A DNA stretch of 39,053 bases from assembly GCA_964388425.1 (NCBI GenBank), contig CAYMAP010000002.1:1-39053 (forward strand). The letters run 5' to 3'. Origin of the DNA: an uncultured Planctomycetaceae bacterium. Its GTDB lineage: Bacteria; Planctomycetota; Phycisphaerae; SM23-33. A program made the translations under genes and the position numbers. This document shows positions 24,130 to 31,893 of this stretch, one piece after another (the first letter of the stretch is position 1; each line of letters opens with the position of its first letter). Under the pieces are notes generated by a model, which searched no databases, was not told the DNA's origin, and worked only from the letters and a program-made list of their open reading frames with translations.

Positions 24130-26448
24130 TCACCCACTCGGGTGAGCCTGGACCGGCAGCAGCGGGGCGAGGGTTTCCTCGAGCTGCTGAATCTGGAAGG
24201 GCTTGCGGAGGATGGCGTCAGGCGTCACCCCTTCGAGCCGGGTCTGGGCGTCGGCTTCGCTGAGCCCGGTGCAGATGACGACGGGCAGGTCGGGGCGGAC
24301 AGCTTTGATCTGGTCGTAGACTTCCGCTCCAGGCAGGCCGGGCAGGCCCAGGTCGAGCATGACCAGATCGCAGGCCTGGGGGTTGGCACGAAACAGTTCC
24401 AGAGCTTCGGGCCCGTCAGAGGCCGACAGAGCCTCCAGGCCGCAACGCTGGAGCATGCGTTCGGTGACCTTGCGGACGGGTTCCTGGTCGTCGACGAGGA
24501 GGATGGTGGCGGGGGTGAAACATCGGGGGCAGGCATGGTGGGCGCTGCCTCGAGGGACGGGTTGGACGGCGGGGGTCAGGAGCAGACGGAGGCTGGTGCG
24601 GTCCCCGGAGGTTGTGCGAATCTGCATCGCTCCGCCCAGTGAGGCCAGGGCATCGGCGAGTCGGCGGAGATCGGACTGGTCGCGATGGGGCCGCTCTGAA
24701 GGGATCTCCGTCAGATCGAACGGATCGAACGCCGTTTCCAGCAACGGGGATTCCGTTTGGGGCGGCGTGTTCGTAATGTCCAGGCAGAGATACTCACCGG
24801 CAGGCAGGTTCTGGCCGGAAAGGCACGGGGCGAGTTCGTCGCGTGTGAGATTCCGTCGATGGGCCTGAAGCATCACGCCTCCGCCTCGACCATCCATCCT
24901 GCGGATCGTGTGGCGGAGCAGGTGGAGAAGGATGTGCCTCAGGCGATTGGGGTCGACCTGACAGGCGGGCAGGGGCGTATCGCATTCGATCTGCAGCTGG
25001 ATCCGGGTCGGGAGGATGCGCTGGAGGAATCGCCGGAGTTCCTCCAGGATTTCGGACAGTTGGACGGGGGCCTGTGCGGGGGTATCCCGAACGATCAGGT
25101 TGCGGAGATTGCGAACCATGTCGCACATCAGGGCCGTCGCACGCTCGATGTTCTCGAAGTACGTCTCCTCGTTGAGGGGCTTGACGTTCTCGACCCGGGC
25201 CAGTTCGACATTGCCCAGAATGGAAATCATCACGGCATTGAGGTCGCTGAGAACCGTCTGGAGGAAATCGGGCGAGTGCAGCGGCATGTTGCGGGCCGAC
25301 TTTTCACGGTCGGGCGGTACAGACAGTTCCTCCGGGGGCAGGCAGAGGAGCAGGCCCACGTCCTGGTTGGACCATCGGCCGGGCGTGAGCCGGCAGCGAA
25401 GGCGGCGCGGAGGTTTTCCGACCGGCTGGAAGGTTAGAATCCCGCCGAACGGCTCGCCGTCGACGAGTTTCATTCGCAGTTGTTCAATTTTCCGGGGGAA
25501 TTCGGCGTTGAGCAGGTCCTGAATGGACCGCCCGACGATCTCTTCCCGTGTTACTTCAAGTCGTGTCCAGCAGGCGGGGTTCGCCTGGAGCACCTCGCCG
25601 TCGCGGTCCAGGATGAAAATCATCTCCTCCAGTTGCATCATGAGGTTCTGGAGGTTGCATTGGCTTTCTTCCAAGGCCCGCTGGGTCTGCTTGAGTTCGG
25701 TGATGTCGGTGATGACCCCGACCAGCCCAGCGACCTGGCCGTGGATGTCGCGGAAAGCCGCCTTGTTGAAGAGGACATCCCAGAGGTTCGCGTCCGGCGC
25801 CTTGACATGGGATTCGTAGGTCTGGTTGCCGCCGCGCTTGATCAGCTCCTGATCGTGTTCGTCGTAGGTTTTTGCCACTGATTCGCCCGCGATGTCGTAG
25901 ACGGTCTTGCCGACAATCTGCTCCTGCGGCATATCGAGCAATTCCTCGAAGGCCCGATTGCAGCCGACGTAGCGGAGATTGCGGTCCTTGTAAAAAATCG
26001 GACTGGGGATGGTGTTCAGCAGGGCCTGCATGAGGTCGACCTGCTCCTGAAGTTCGCGCTCGGCCCGGACGCGCCGGGAGATGTCCCTCGCGATGGCGAG
26101 GAGGAGTTCCTCGCCTCCCTGCCTGACGAAGGTCGAGGTGATCTCCATCGGGATTTTGCTGCCGTCGCATCGGGTGTGCTCGGTGCGGAAGGTTTCCGAT
26201 CCCCGGCGCTGGATGCGATTCCACTGCGAGGCCCATCGCTCGTAATGGGCCGGGTCGATGTGTTCGATCGTCCGGGCGAGCAGTTGCTCCCGCGTGTACC
26301 CCAGCATTCGGCCGGCCGATTCGTTGACATACGCGAACGAGCCATCGGGACGAATCCAGTAAATCGCGTCGGATGAGTGGTCCAGAGCAAAGCGCAGCCG
26401 TTCCGGCGATATGTGCTCCGGACAGGAATCGTCGGGCTTGTCAGCCAT
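24130..26448 (-). CDS. Three-PAS / degenerate histidine-kinase-like / receiver hybrid signalling protein, 772 aa
   Basis: It has three PAS-like blocks (..DAIYWIRPDGSFAYVNES.., ..PSPIFYKDRNLRYVGCNRAF.., ..MIFILDRDGEVLQANPA..). The DHp-like helix VLSDLNAVMISILGNVEL has Ser where HDFNNLL-type kinases have the phospho-His. The N, G1 and G2 boxes are not recognisable. The C-terminal REC looks intact (LLVDDQ, LVMLDLGLPG, VICTG, LRKPF). The start may be at 26448 (MADKPDD) or at 26496. Confidence 0.75.
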   Translation of the reverse strand: MADKPDDSCPEHISPERLRFALDHSSDAIYWIRPDGSFAYVNESAGRMLGYTREQLLARTIEHIDPAHYERWASQWNRIQRRGSETFRTEHTRCDGSKIPMEITSTFVRQGGEELLLAIARDISRRVRAERELQEQVDLMQALLNTIPSPIFYKDRNLRYVGCNRAFEELLDMPQEQIVGKTVYDIAGESVAKTYDEHDQELIKRGGNQTYESHVKAPDANLWDVLFNKAAFRDIHGQVAGLVGVITDITELKQTQRALEESQCNLQNLMMQLEEMIFILDRDGEVLQANPACWTRLEVTREEIVGRSIQDLLNAEFPRKIEQLRMKLVDGEPFGGILTFQPVGKPPRRLRCRLTPGRWSNQDVGLLLCLPPEELSVPPDREKSARNMPLHSPDFLQTVLSDLNAVMISILGNVELARVENVKPLNEETYFENIERATALMCDMVRNLRNLIVRDTPAQAPVQLSEILEELRRFLQRILPTRIQLQIECDTPLPACQVDPNRLRHILLHLLRHTIRRMDGRGGGVMLQAHRRNLTRDELAPCLSGQNLPAGEYLCLDITNTPPQTESPLLETAFDPFDLTEIPSERPHRDQSDLRRLADALASLGGAMQIRTTSGDRTSLRLLLTPAVQPVPRGSAHHACPRCFTPATILLVDDQEPVRKVTERMLQRCGLEALSASDGPEALELFRANPQACDLVMLDLGLPGLPGAEVYDQIKAVRPDLPVVICTGLSEADAQTRLEGVTPDAILRKPFQIQQLEETLAPLLPVQAHPSG

Positions 26449-26665
26449 GAATGGATCTCGCGGCCTGGTACGGGATACCGGACGGCCTTGGGGCAATCAC
26501 CGTATAGTCCTATGTTTTGTACAACAACATCGTCTCTCTGTCAATGCGCCAATGCGAAGCAAGCGACATCTTACCATGTTGTTGACCATCCAGTTATCCA
26601 ACACATACTGTTTTCGTGAGGAAGCTTCATCGGCGATCAAAATCTAAATTCATATTATTTCCAAT

Positions 26666-26674
26666 ATTATATCA
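26666..26674 (-). promoter_or_regulatory. Candidate extended -10 promoter element (TGATATAAT on the minus strand) upstream of the PAS/REC gene
   Basis: This is an exact TGnTATAAT inside the AT-rich island, about 220 nt upstream of the ATG at 26448. No -35 element was found. Confidence 0.35.
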
Positions 26675-26931
26675 CATTCTGGAGTTCTGCCTCCTCAAAA
26701 ATTCATTTTGTTGATTCGCACATGCCTCTATGGGCTTGCTGAAGTTCAGTGACCTGGGATCGGGTCTTCCCCTCTCAGCCGGTGTGGCGTTTGGAATGTT
26801 GACCGCAGCGACTGCCGGATTTTCGAGGAGTTATCGGCATTACATTCCCGTAGTTTCCATCAGGAAACCTGATCTGGCTGGGGGGATCGAATACCGAAGG
26901 CTGTAATTGCCAATCGGATGCAGGCCGTGCA

Positions 26932-27086
26932 AGAGCCTGTATGAACACCGTTCTTTTTCGTAGCACCGGCCTCTTGCCGGGCCGTTGCAGGGCCCTCCTG
27001 GCCCTGCGCCGCCGGCCCGCTGAACGGGCAGGTTGCCCGTCAAACGCATGGCCGAGACGGCCATGCCACGTCCTCATACAGGTTCT
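26932..27086. ncRNA. Candidate structured RNA or MITE-like palindromic element (~155 nt, closing stem plus four internal hairpins)
   Basis: The 13-bp closing stem 26932-26944/27074-27086 has one G-T pair, which is a legal wobble only on the plus strand. The hairpins are 26966-70/26976-80 (5 bp), 26987-94/27000-07 (8 bp) and 27046-54/27058-66 (9 bp). Two mutually exclusive stems also exist, 27015-19/27025-29 and 27025-30/27034-39. It matches no RNA family I can name. Confidence 0.3.
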
Positions 27087-27163
27087 AAGACTGACGCGAC
27101 AGGCCTTGTCGGATCACGGGTATTTCATTTTGGATAAGGACGGAGACGTGAAGGTAGCTTTCC

Positions 27164-27958
27164 CTACAGTTCGAACTCCATGCCCTCGGGGTGGACGATG
27201 AACCCTTCCCGCAGGAGTCCGTCGGCGGGGTCGTAGGACAGGTCCCGCCCGTTCAGGTCGATGATCCGGCAGCCGGCTTCGAGAGCGACGGCGGCCCCCG
27301 CGCCGGTATCCCAGATATTCGTCGGGCCGTGACGGGGATAGATGTGGGCGGCTCCTTCGGCGACGGCGCAGAGTTTCAGGCTGCTGCCGCGGCTGGTGGT
27401 CTCGGAGATGTCGTTGCGTTGCAGAAAGGCTTCGGTCTCGGGGGAGAGGTGGCTTCGGCTGGCGACGGCGGAGCGGGGACGCGGGGCGGAGGTCGCCTGG
27501 AGCGGCACGGGCGGCGCCTGCCCCTCTTGGCGGTACGCCCCGCCGCCGAGGACCGCATACCAACTCGTCGCCAGGGCCGGTGCATGGACCACGCCCAGAA
27601 CCGGGCGGGCCTGTCGGACCAGGGCGACGTTGACCGTATACTCCGAAATCCCTTTGACGAACTCTTTCGTGCCGTCCAGCGGGTCGATCAGCCAATAGGT
27701 TTTCGGCGATTCGTCGAGAAACGCCTCGACATCCCCTTCTTCGGACAGGACGGGCAGGGGTGGCGCAAGCCCGGCCAGTCCCGCGGTGAGACAGTCGTGG
27801 CTGGCGCGGTCGGCGCGGGTCAGGGGCGAACCGTCGGCTTTGTCCTGGACGTCCAGGGATTCGCGGGCGACGGCGAGGATCGCCATCCCGGCCGATCGGG
27901 CCAGCTCCAGGCAGGGGCCCAGCAGGGCCTCCAACGTCGTGTCATCGGGAGTGTTCAT
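27164..27958 (-). CDS. cysQ: 3'(2'),5'-bisphosphate nucleotidase CysQ (PAP phosphatase), 264 aa
   Basis: ORF 27164..28093 is trimmed to the ATG at 27958. It has the inositol-monophosphatase-family motifs LSEE, WLIDPLDGTKEF and IWDTGAGAAV. Confidence 0.8.
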   Translation of the reverse strand: MNTPDDTTLEALLGPCLELARSAGMAILAVARESLDVQDKADGSPLTRADRASHDCLTAGLAGLAPPLPVLSEEGDVEAFLDESPKTYWLIDPLDGTKEFVKGISEYTVNVALVRQARPVLGVVHAPALATSWYAVLGGGAYRQEGQAPPVPLQATSAPRPRSAVASRSHLSPETEAFLQRNDISETTSRGSSLKLCAVAEGAAHIYPRHGPTNIWDTGAGAAVALEAGCRIIDLNGRDLSYDPADGLLREGFIVHPEGMEFEL

Positions 27959-27989
27959 GCCCGCATGATACCCCCGCCTCGAGGATTTG

Positions 27990-28952
27990 TCACCCGCCCG
28001 ACGTTGCCTGATCCCTCCGGGTGAGGAACCAGTCGATGGTCCGCCGCAAGCCGATCTCGAACGGGACCTCAGCCTGGAAGCCGAAGCGATCATTCGCGCG
28101 GGTCACGTCGAGGCAGCGTCTCGGCTGGCCGTCGGGTTTGGAGGGGTCCCAGACGATCTCGCCCTCGTAACCGGTCATGTCACGGATGAGTTCAGCTAGG
28201 TCGCGGATGGCGATTTCAAACCCCGCCCCGAGATTGACCGGGGCCGGGTCGTCGTAGCGTTCCGTCGCCAGGGCCAGCCCACGGGCGCAGTCCTCGACGT
28301 AAAAAAACTCCCGGCTGGCGCTGCCCGTGCCCCAGACCTCGACGGTCGGCTCGCTGCGCTGTTTGGCCTCGACGAACTTGCGGATCAGCGCGGGGATGAC
28401 GTGGCTGGTTTCGAGGTCGAAATTGTCGCCCGGCCCGAACAGGTTGACCGGCAGGAGATAAATCCCGGGGAACCCGTACTGCTGCCGGTAGGCCTGGAGC
28501 TGGACCAGCAGGGCCTTCTTCGCCACGCCGTACGGCGCGTTGGTTTCCTCCGGATAGCCGTTCCAGAGGTCGTCTTCCCGGAACGGGACGGGGGTGAACT
28601 TGGGGTAGGCGCAGATCGTGCCGACCTGCACGAATTTCGCGAGTTTGCCGCAGCGTCTGCCCTGCTCGATCAGATGCAGCCCCATCGCCATGTTGGCGAA
28701 AAAAAAACGTCCCGGGTTCGCCCGGTTCGCCCCGATCCCGCCGACCTCCGCAGCCAGATGCAGGACAACGGTCGGCTGGAGGTCCTCATACATCCGCGCG
28801 ACGTCGGTTTCGCGCGTCAGGTCATACTCCGCCGACCGGGGGACAAGCAGATGGCTCCCGTCGACGCCTCGGCTGCGAAGTTCCCGCAGCAGGTGCTGTC
28901 CCAGAAATCCTGCCCCGCCGGTGATCACGATGCGCTGTTTTGTCAGATCCAC
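27990..28952 (-). CDS. fcl: GDP-L-fucose synthase (GDP-4-keto-6-deoxy-D-mannose 3,5-epimerase/4-reductase), 320 aa
   Basis: It has a GTG start. The product reads [16 protein letters not shown] (YxxxK), ..[22 protein letters not shown]...SHVIPALI, and it is adjacent to gmd. Confidence 0.88.
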   Translation of the reverse strand: MDLTKQRIVITGGAGFLGQHLLRELRSRGVDGSHLLVPRSAEYDLTRETDVARMYEDLQPTVVLHLAAEVGGIGANRANPGRFFFANMAMGLHLIEQGRRCGKLAKFVQVGTICAYPKFTPVPFREDDLWNGYPEETNAPYGVAKKALLVQLQAYRQQYGFPGIYLLPVNLFGPGDNFDLETSHVIPALIRKFVEAKQRSEPTVEVWGTGSASREFFYVEDCARGLALATERYDDPAPVNLGAGFEIAIRDLAELIRDMTGYEGEIVWDPSKPDGQPRRCLDVTRANDRFGFQAEVPFEIGLRRTIDWFLTRRDQATSGG

Positions 28953-29035
28953 GGCTTCGTTCCTTTTCAGTACGACCGGTGGTGTAGCTCATAGCCCGGG
29001 CATGCCCGAAGCCGATTCTCGCCCCAACGCCGGCT

Positions 29036-30052
29036 CTACGCCTTCGACTTGCGATGTTCAGCCAGGATGCGTTCTTCTTTGGCCAGCGCCCAGTCGTGAT
29101 CGACCATCATGTGGATGAGGTCCTTGAACAGGACCGCCGGTTCCCACCCGAGCTTTTCGCGTGCCTTGGCGGGGTTGCCCATCAGGAGGTCGACTTCACT
29201 GGGGCGGATGTATCGCGGGTCGATTTCGACGTAGTTCTTCCAGTCCAGGTCGACCAGCCCGAAGGCCTCGTCGAGCAGGTCGCTGATGCTGTGGGTCTGG
29301 CCGGTGGCGATGACGAAATCCTCGGGTTCGTTCTGCTGGAGCATCCGCCACATCGCCTCGACGTAGTCTCCGGCAAATCCCCAGTCGCGTTTGGCGTGGA
29401 GGTTGCCTAGGTACAGCTTGTCCTGGAGACCTTCGCGGATGCGCGTCGCGGCGCGGGTGATTTTGCGGGTGACGAACGTTTCGCTTCGGCGGGGGCTTTC
29501 GTGGTTGAACAGGATGCCATTGACGGCGAAGAGGTCGTAGGCCTCGCGGTAGTTGACGGTCTGCCAGTAGCTGTAGACTTTCGCGCAGGCGTAGGGGCTG
29601 CGGGGGTGGAAGGGGGTGGTTTCGCTCTGGGGGGTCTCGACGACCTTGCCGTACATCTCGGAGGACGAAGCCTGGTAGAACCGGGTGATGAGTCCGAGGT
29701 CGCGGATGGCTTCGAGCAGGCGGAGCGTGCCGACGGCGTCGACCTGGGCGGTGTAGACGGGCTGGTCGAAACTCACCCGCACGTGCGACTGGGCGGCGAG
29801 GTTGTAGATTTCATGCGGGGTGCATTTGCTGAGCACCTGCCGAAGCCCAGCCCCGTCCGTTAGGTCGCCGTAGTGCAGGAACAGGCGGTCGGCGTCCTGG
29901 GGCTTGGCGTAGAGGTGGTCGATCCGTTCCGTGCCGAACGTGCTCGACCTGCGGATCAGGCCGTGCACCTCGTAGCCCTTGCCCAGCAGCAGTTCCGTGA
30001 GGTAACTGCCGTCCTGCCCGGTAATGCCTGTGATTAATGCCCGTTTGGCCAT
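29036..30052 (-). CDS. gmd: GDP-mannose 4,6-dehydratase, 338 aa
   Basis: The product reads [59 protein letters not shown]. Confidence 0.92.
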   Translation of the reverse strand: MAKRALITGITGQDGSYLTELLLGKGYEVHGLIRRSSTFGTERIDHLYAKPQDADRLFLHYGDLTDGAGLRQVLSKCTPHEIYNLAAQSHVRVSFDQPVYTAQVDAVGTLRLLEAIRDLGLITRFYQASSSEMYGKVVETPQSETTPFHPRSPYACAKVYSYWQTVNYREAYDLFAVNGILFNHESPRRSETFVTRKITRAATRIREGLQDKLYLGNLHAKRDWGFAGDYVEAMWRMLQQNEPEDFVIATGQTHSISDLLDEAFGLVDLDWKNYVEIDPRYIRPSEVDLLMGNPAKAREKLGWEPAVLFKDLIHMMVDHDWALAKEERILAEHRKSKA

Positions 30053-30212
30053 TGATGACTCCTTTCGGGATATCCTTACTATCGGACGAAGGTCGGGCGG
30101 TGTCTACAGTCTCTGCAACATCGGCGGTGCAGAACCATCCCGGCTGGTGCGGAGGTTGTCGCCCGGAGCGGATTGGGGTATGATGGTCAGCGTCCTATTT
30201 CGGGAAAACACC

Positions 30213-30860
30213 ATGACTGATCCCCCATGCCCATCCGGCTCGGACCGCAACCTGACCTGGCACGCAGGCGAGGTCACCGCCGATGACCGCCACCGCCTGT
30301 TGCGCCAGCGGGGCTGTGTGGTCTGGCTGACGGGACTGAGCGGGTCGGGCAAAAGCACGATCTCGCGTCGGCTGGAGCGGAAGCTCATCGAGGCCGGCCG
30401 GCTCGCCTACGTTCTGGACGGCGACAACCTCCGGCACGGGCTGTGTGCGGACCTGGGATTTTCGCCGGACGACCGCACGGAAAACATCCGCCGGATCGCC
30501 GAGTTGGCGCATCTTTTCGCCGATGCCGGCGTCGTGACGGTCACCGCGTTCATCTCCCCCTACGCCGAAGACCGCGACCGGGCGAGGCAGCTCGTTCCGG
30601 ATGGAACTTTCGTCGAGGTCTTCCTCGATACGCCCCTGGAGGTCTGCCAGAGCCGGGATCCCAAGGGTCTCTACGCCAGGGCCCGGGCCGGGGAAATCCA
30701 GGAATTCACGGGCATTGACGCGCCGTACGAGCCCCCGCCGAATCCCGAGTTGCATCTGCCGACCGCCGAGACCTCCGTCGATGCATGCGCCGAGGTTATT
30801 TTCCGATACCTTTACCAGGCGGGTCTGATCGAACCTCCCGCCTCGGACACCACGTCATGA
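30213..30860 (+). CDS. cysC: Adenylyl-sulfate (APS) kinase, canonical motifs, 215 aa
   Basis: The motifs are [58 protein letters not shown]. The start is the ATG at 30213, with 30180 as an alternative. The stop overlaps the cysD start (ATGA). Confidence 0.88.
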   Translation: MTDPPCPSGSDRNLTWHAGEVTADDRHRLLRQRGCVVWLTGLSGSGKSTISRRLERKLIEAGRLAYVLDGDNLRHGLCADLGFSPDDRTENIRRIAELAHLFADAGVVTVTAFISPYAEDRDRARQLVPDGTFVEVFLDTPLEVCQSRDPKGLYARARAGEIQEFTGIDAPYEPPPNPELHLPTAETSVDACAEVIFRYLYQAGLIEPPASDTTS

Positions 30861-31759
30861 ACTACAACCTAACCCACCTCCGACAACTTGAAGCCGAGAG
30901 CATCCACATCCTCCGTGAGGTCGTCGCCGAGTGCGAAAACCCCGTCATGCTGTACTCGATCGGCAAGGACAGTTCCGTGCTGCTGCATCTGGCGGTCAAG
31001 GCCTTCGCCCCGGGGAAGCTGCCCTTCCCCCTGATGCACATCGACACGACCTTCAAGTTTCCCGAGATGATCGCCTTCCGCGACCGGACGGCGAAGGAAC
31101 TGGGCGTGAAGCTCATCGTCAAGACCAACCACAACGCGCTGGAGGAGATCGGCGCGTACGAAAACTGGACTTGCACCCTGTGCGCCACTGTCCTCAAGAC
31201 GCAGGCCCTCGTCGAGGGACTCCAGGAGGGCGGTTTCGACGCAGCCTTCGGCGGGGCGCGACGCGACGAGGAACAGTCCCGCGCCAAGGAACGCATCCTC
31301 AGCTTCCGCGACGGGAACATGCAGTGGGACCCCAAAAACCAGCGCCCCGAACTGTGGAACCTCTACAACACCCGCCACCAGCCTAACGAAAGCTTCCGGG
31401 CGTTTCCGATCAGCAACTGGACGGAACTGGACATCTGGAACTACATCTACCTCGAGAAGATTCCGATCGTCCCGCTGTACTTCGCCGCCGAGCGCCCCGT
31501 CATCGCTCGCGACGGCATGCTGGTCTACGCCGGGGACCTCGAAAAAGCCGGCCCGGGGGAGACCGTCGAGCATCGCTGGGTCCGTTTCCGCACCCTGGGT
31601 TGCCAGAAATGCACCGGGGCCGTCGAGTCCCGCGCGACGACGCTCGAGGCGATCATCGAGGAAACCATGCTCGCCCGGCAGTCCGAACGACAGAACCGCG
31701 CCGTCGACCAGGATCGCGAAGGATCAATGGAAGAAAAGAAAAAAGAAGGCTATTTCTGA
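30857..31759 (+). CDS. cysD: Sulfate adenylyltransferase subunit 2, 300 aa
   Basis: The product reads [37 protein letters not shown] (PP-loop) ..[12 protein letters not shown]... Confidence 0.92.
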   Translation: MNYNLTHLRQLEAESIHILREVVAECENPVMLYSIGKDSSVLLHLAVKAFAPGKLPFPLMHIDTTFKFPEMIAFRDRTAKELGVKLIVKTNHNALEEIGAYENWTCTLCATVLKTQALVEGLQEGGFDAAFGGARRDEEQSRAKERILSFRDGNMQWDPKNQRPELWNLYNTRHQPNESFRAFPISNWTELDIWNYIYLEKIPIVPLYFAAERPVIARDGMLVYAGDLEKAGPGETVEHRWVRFRTLGCQKCTGAVESRATTLEAIIEETMLARQSERQNRAVDQDREGSMEEKKKEGYF

Positions 31760-31893
31760 GGCGGAAAGGCAACCGGCAACAGGAAAAAGAGACAGAAACA
31801 AGAACATGCTGGGTTCCGGAGGCTTGATGCTACAAACGGAGCCCGGGATGTCCGTGTACTGTTTCCAGCATCCAACACCCAGGAACGATATTC

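Noticed and set aside
26775-27201. ORFs 26775..27077(-), 26840..27064(-) and 26941..27201(+) in the long intergenic region.
   Set aside because: They are Arg/Pro/Gly-rich with no RBS or motifs, and they are built from the palindromic hairpins themselves. The region is better explained as structured non-coding DNA or RNA.
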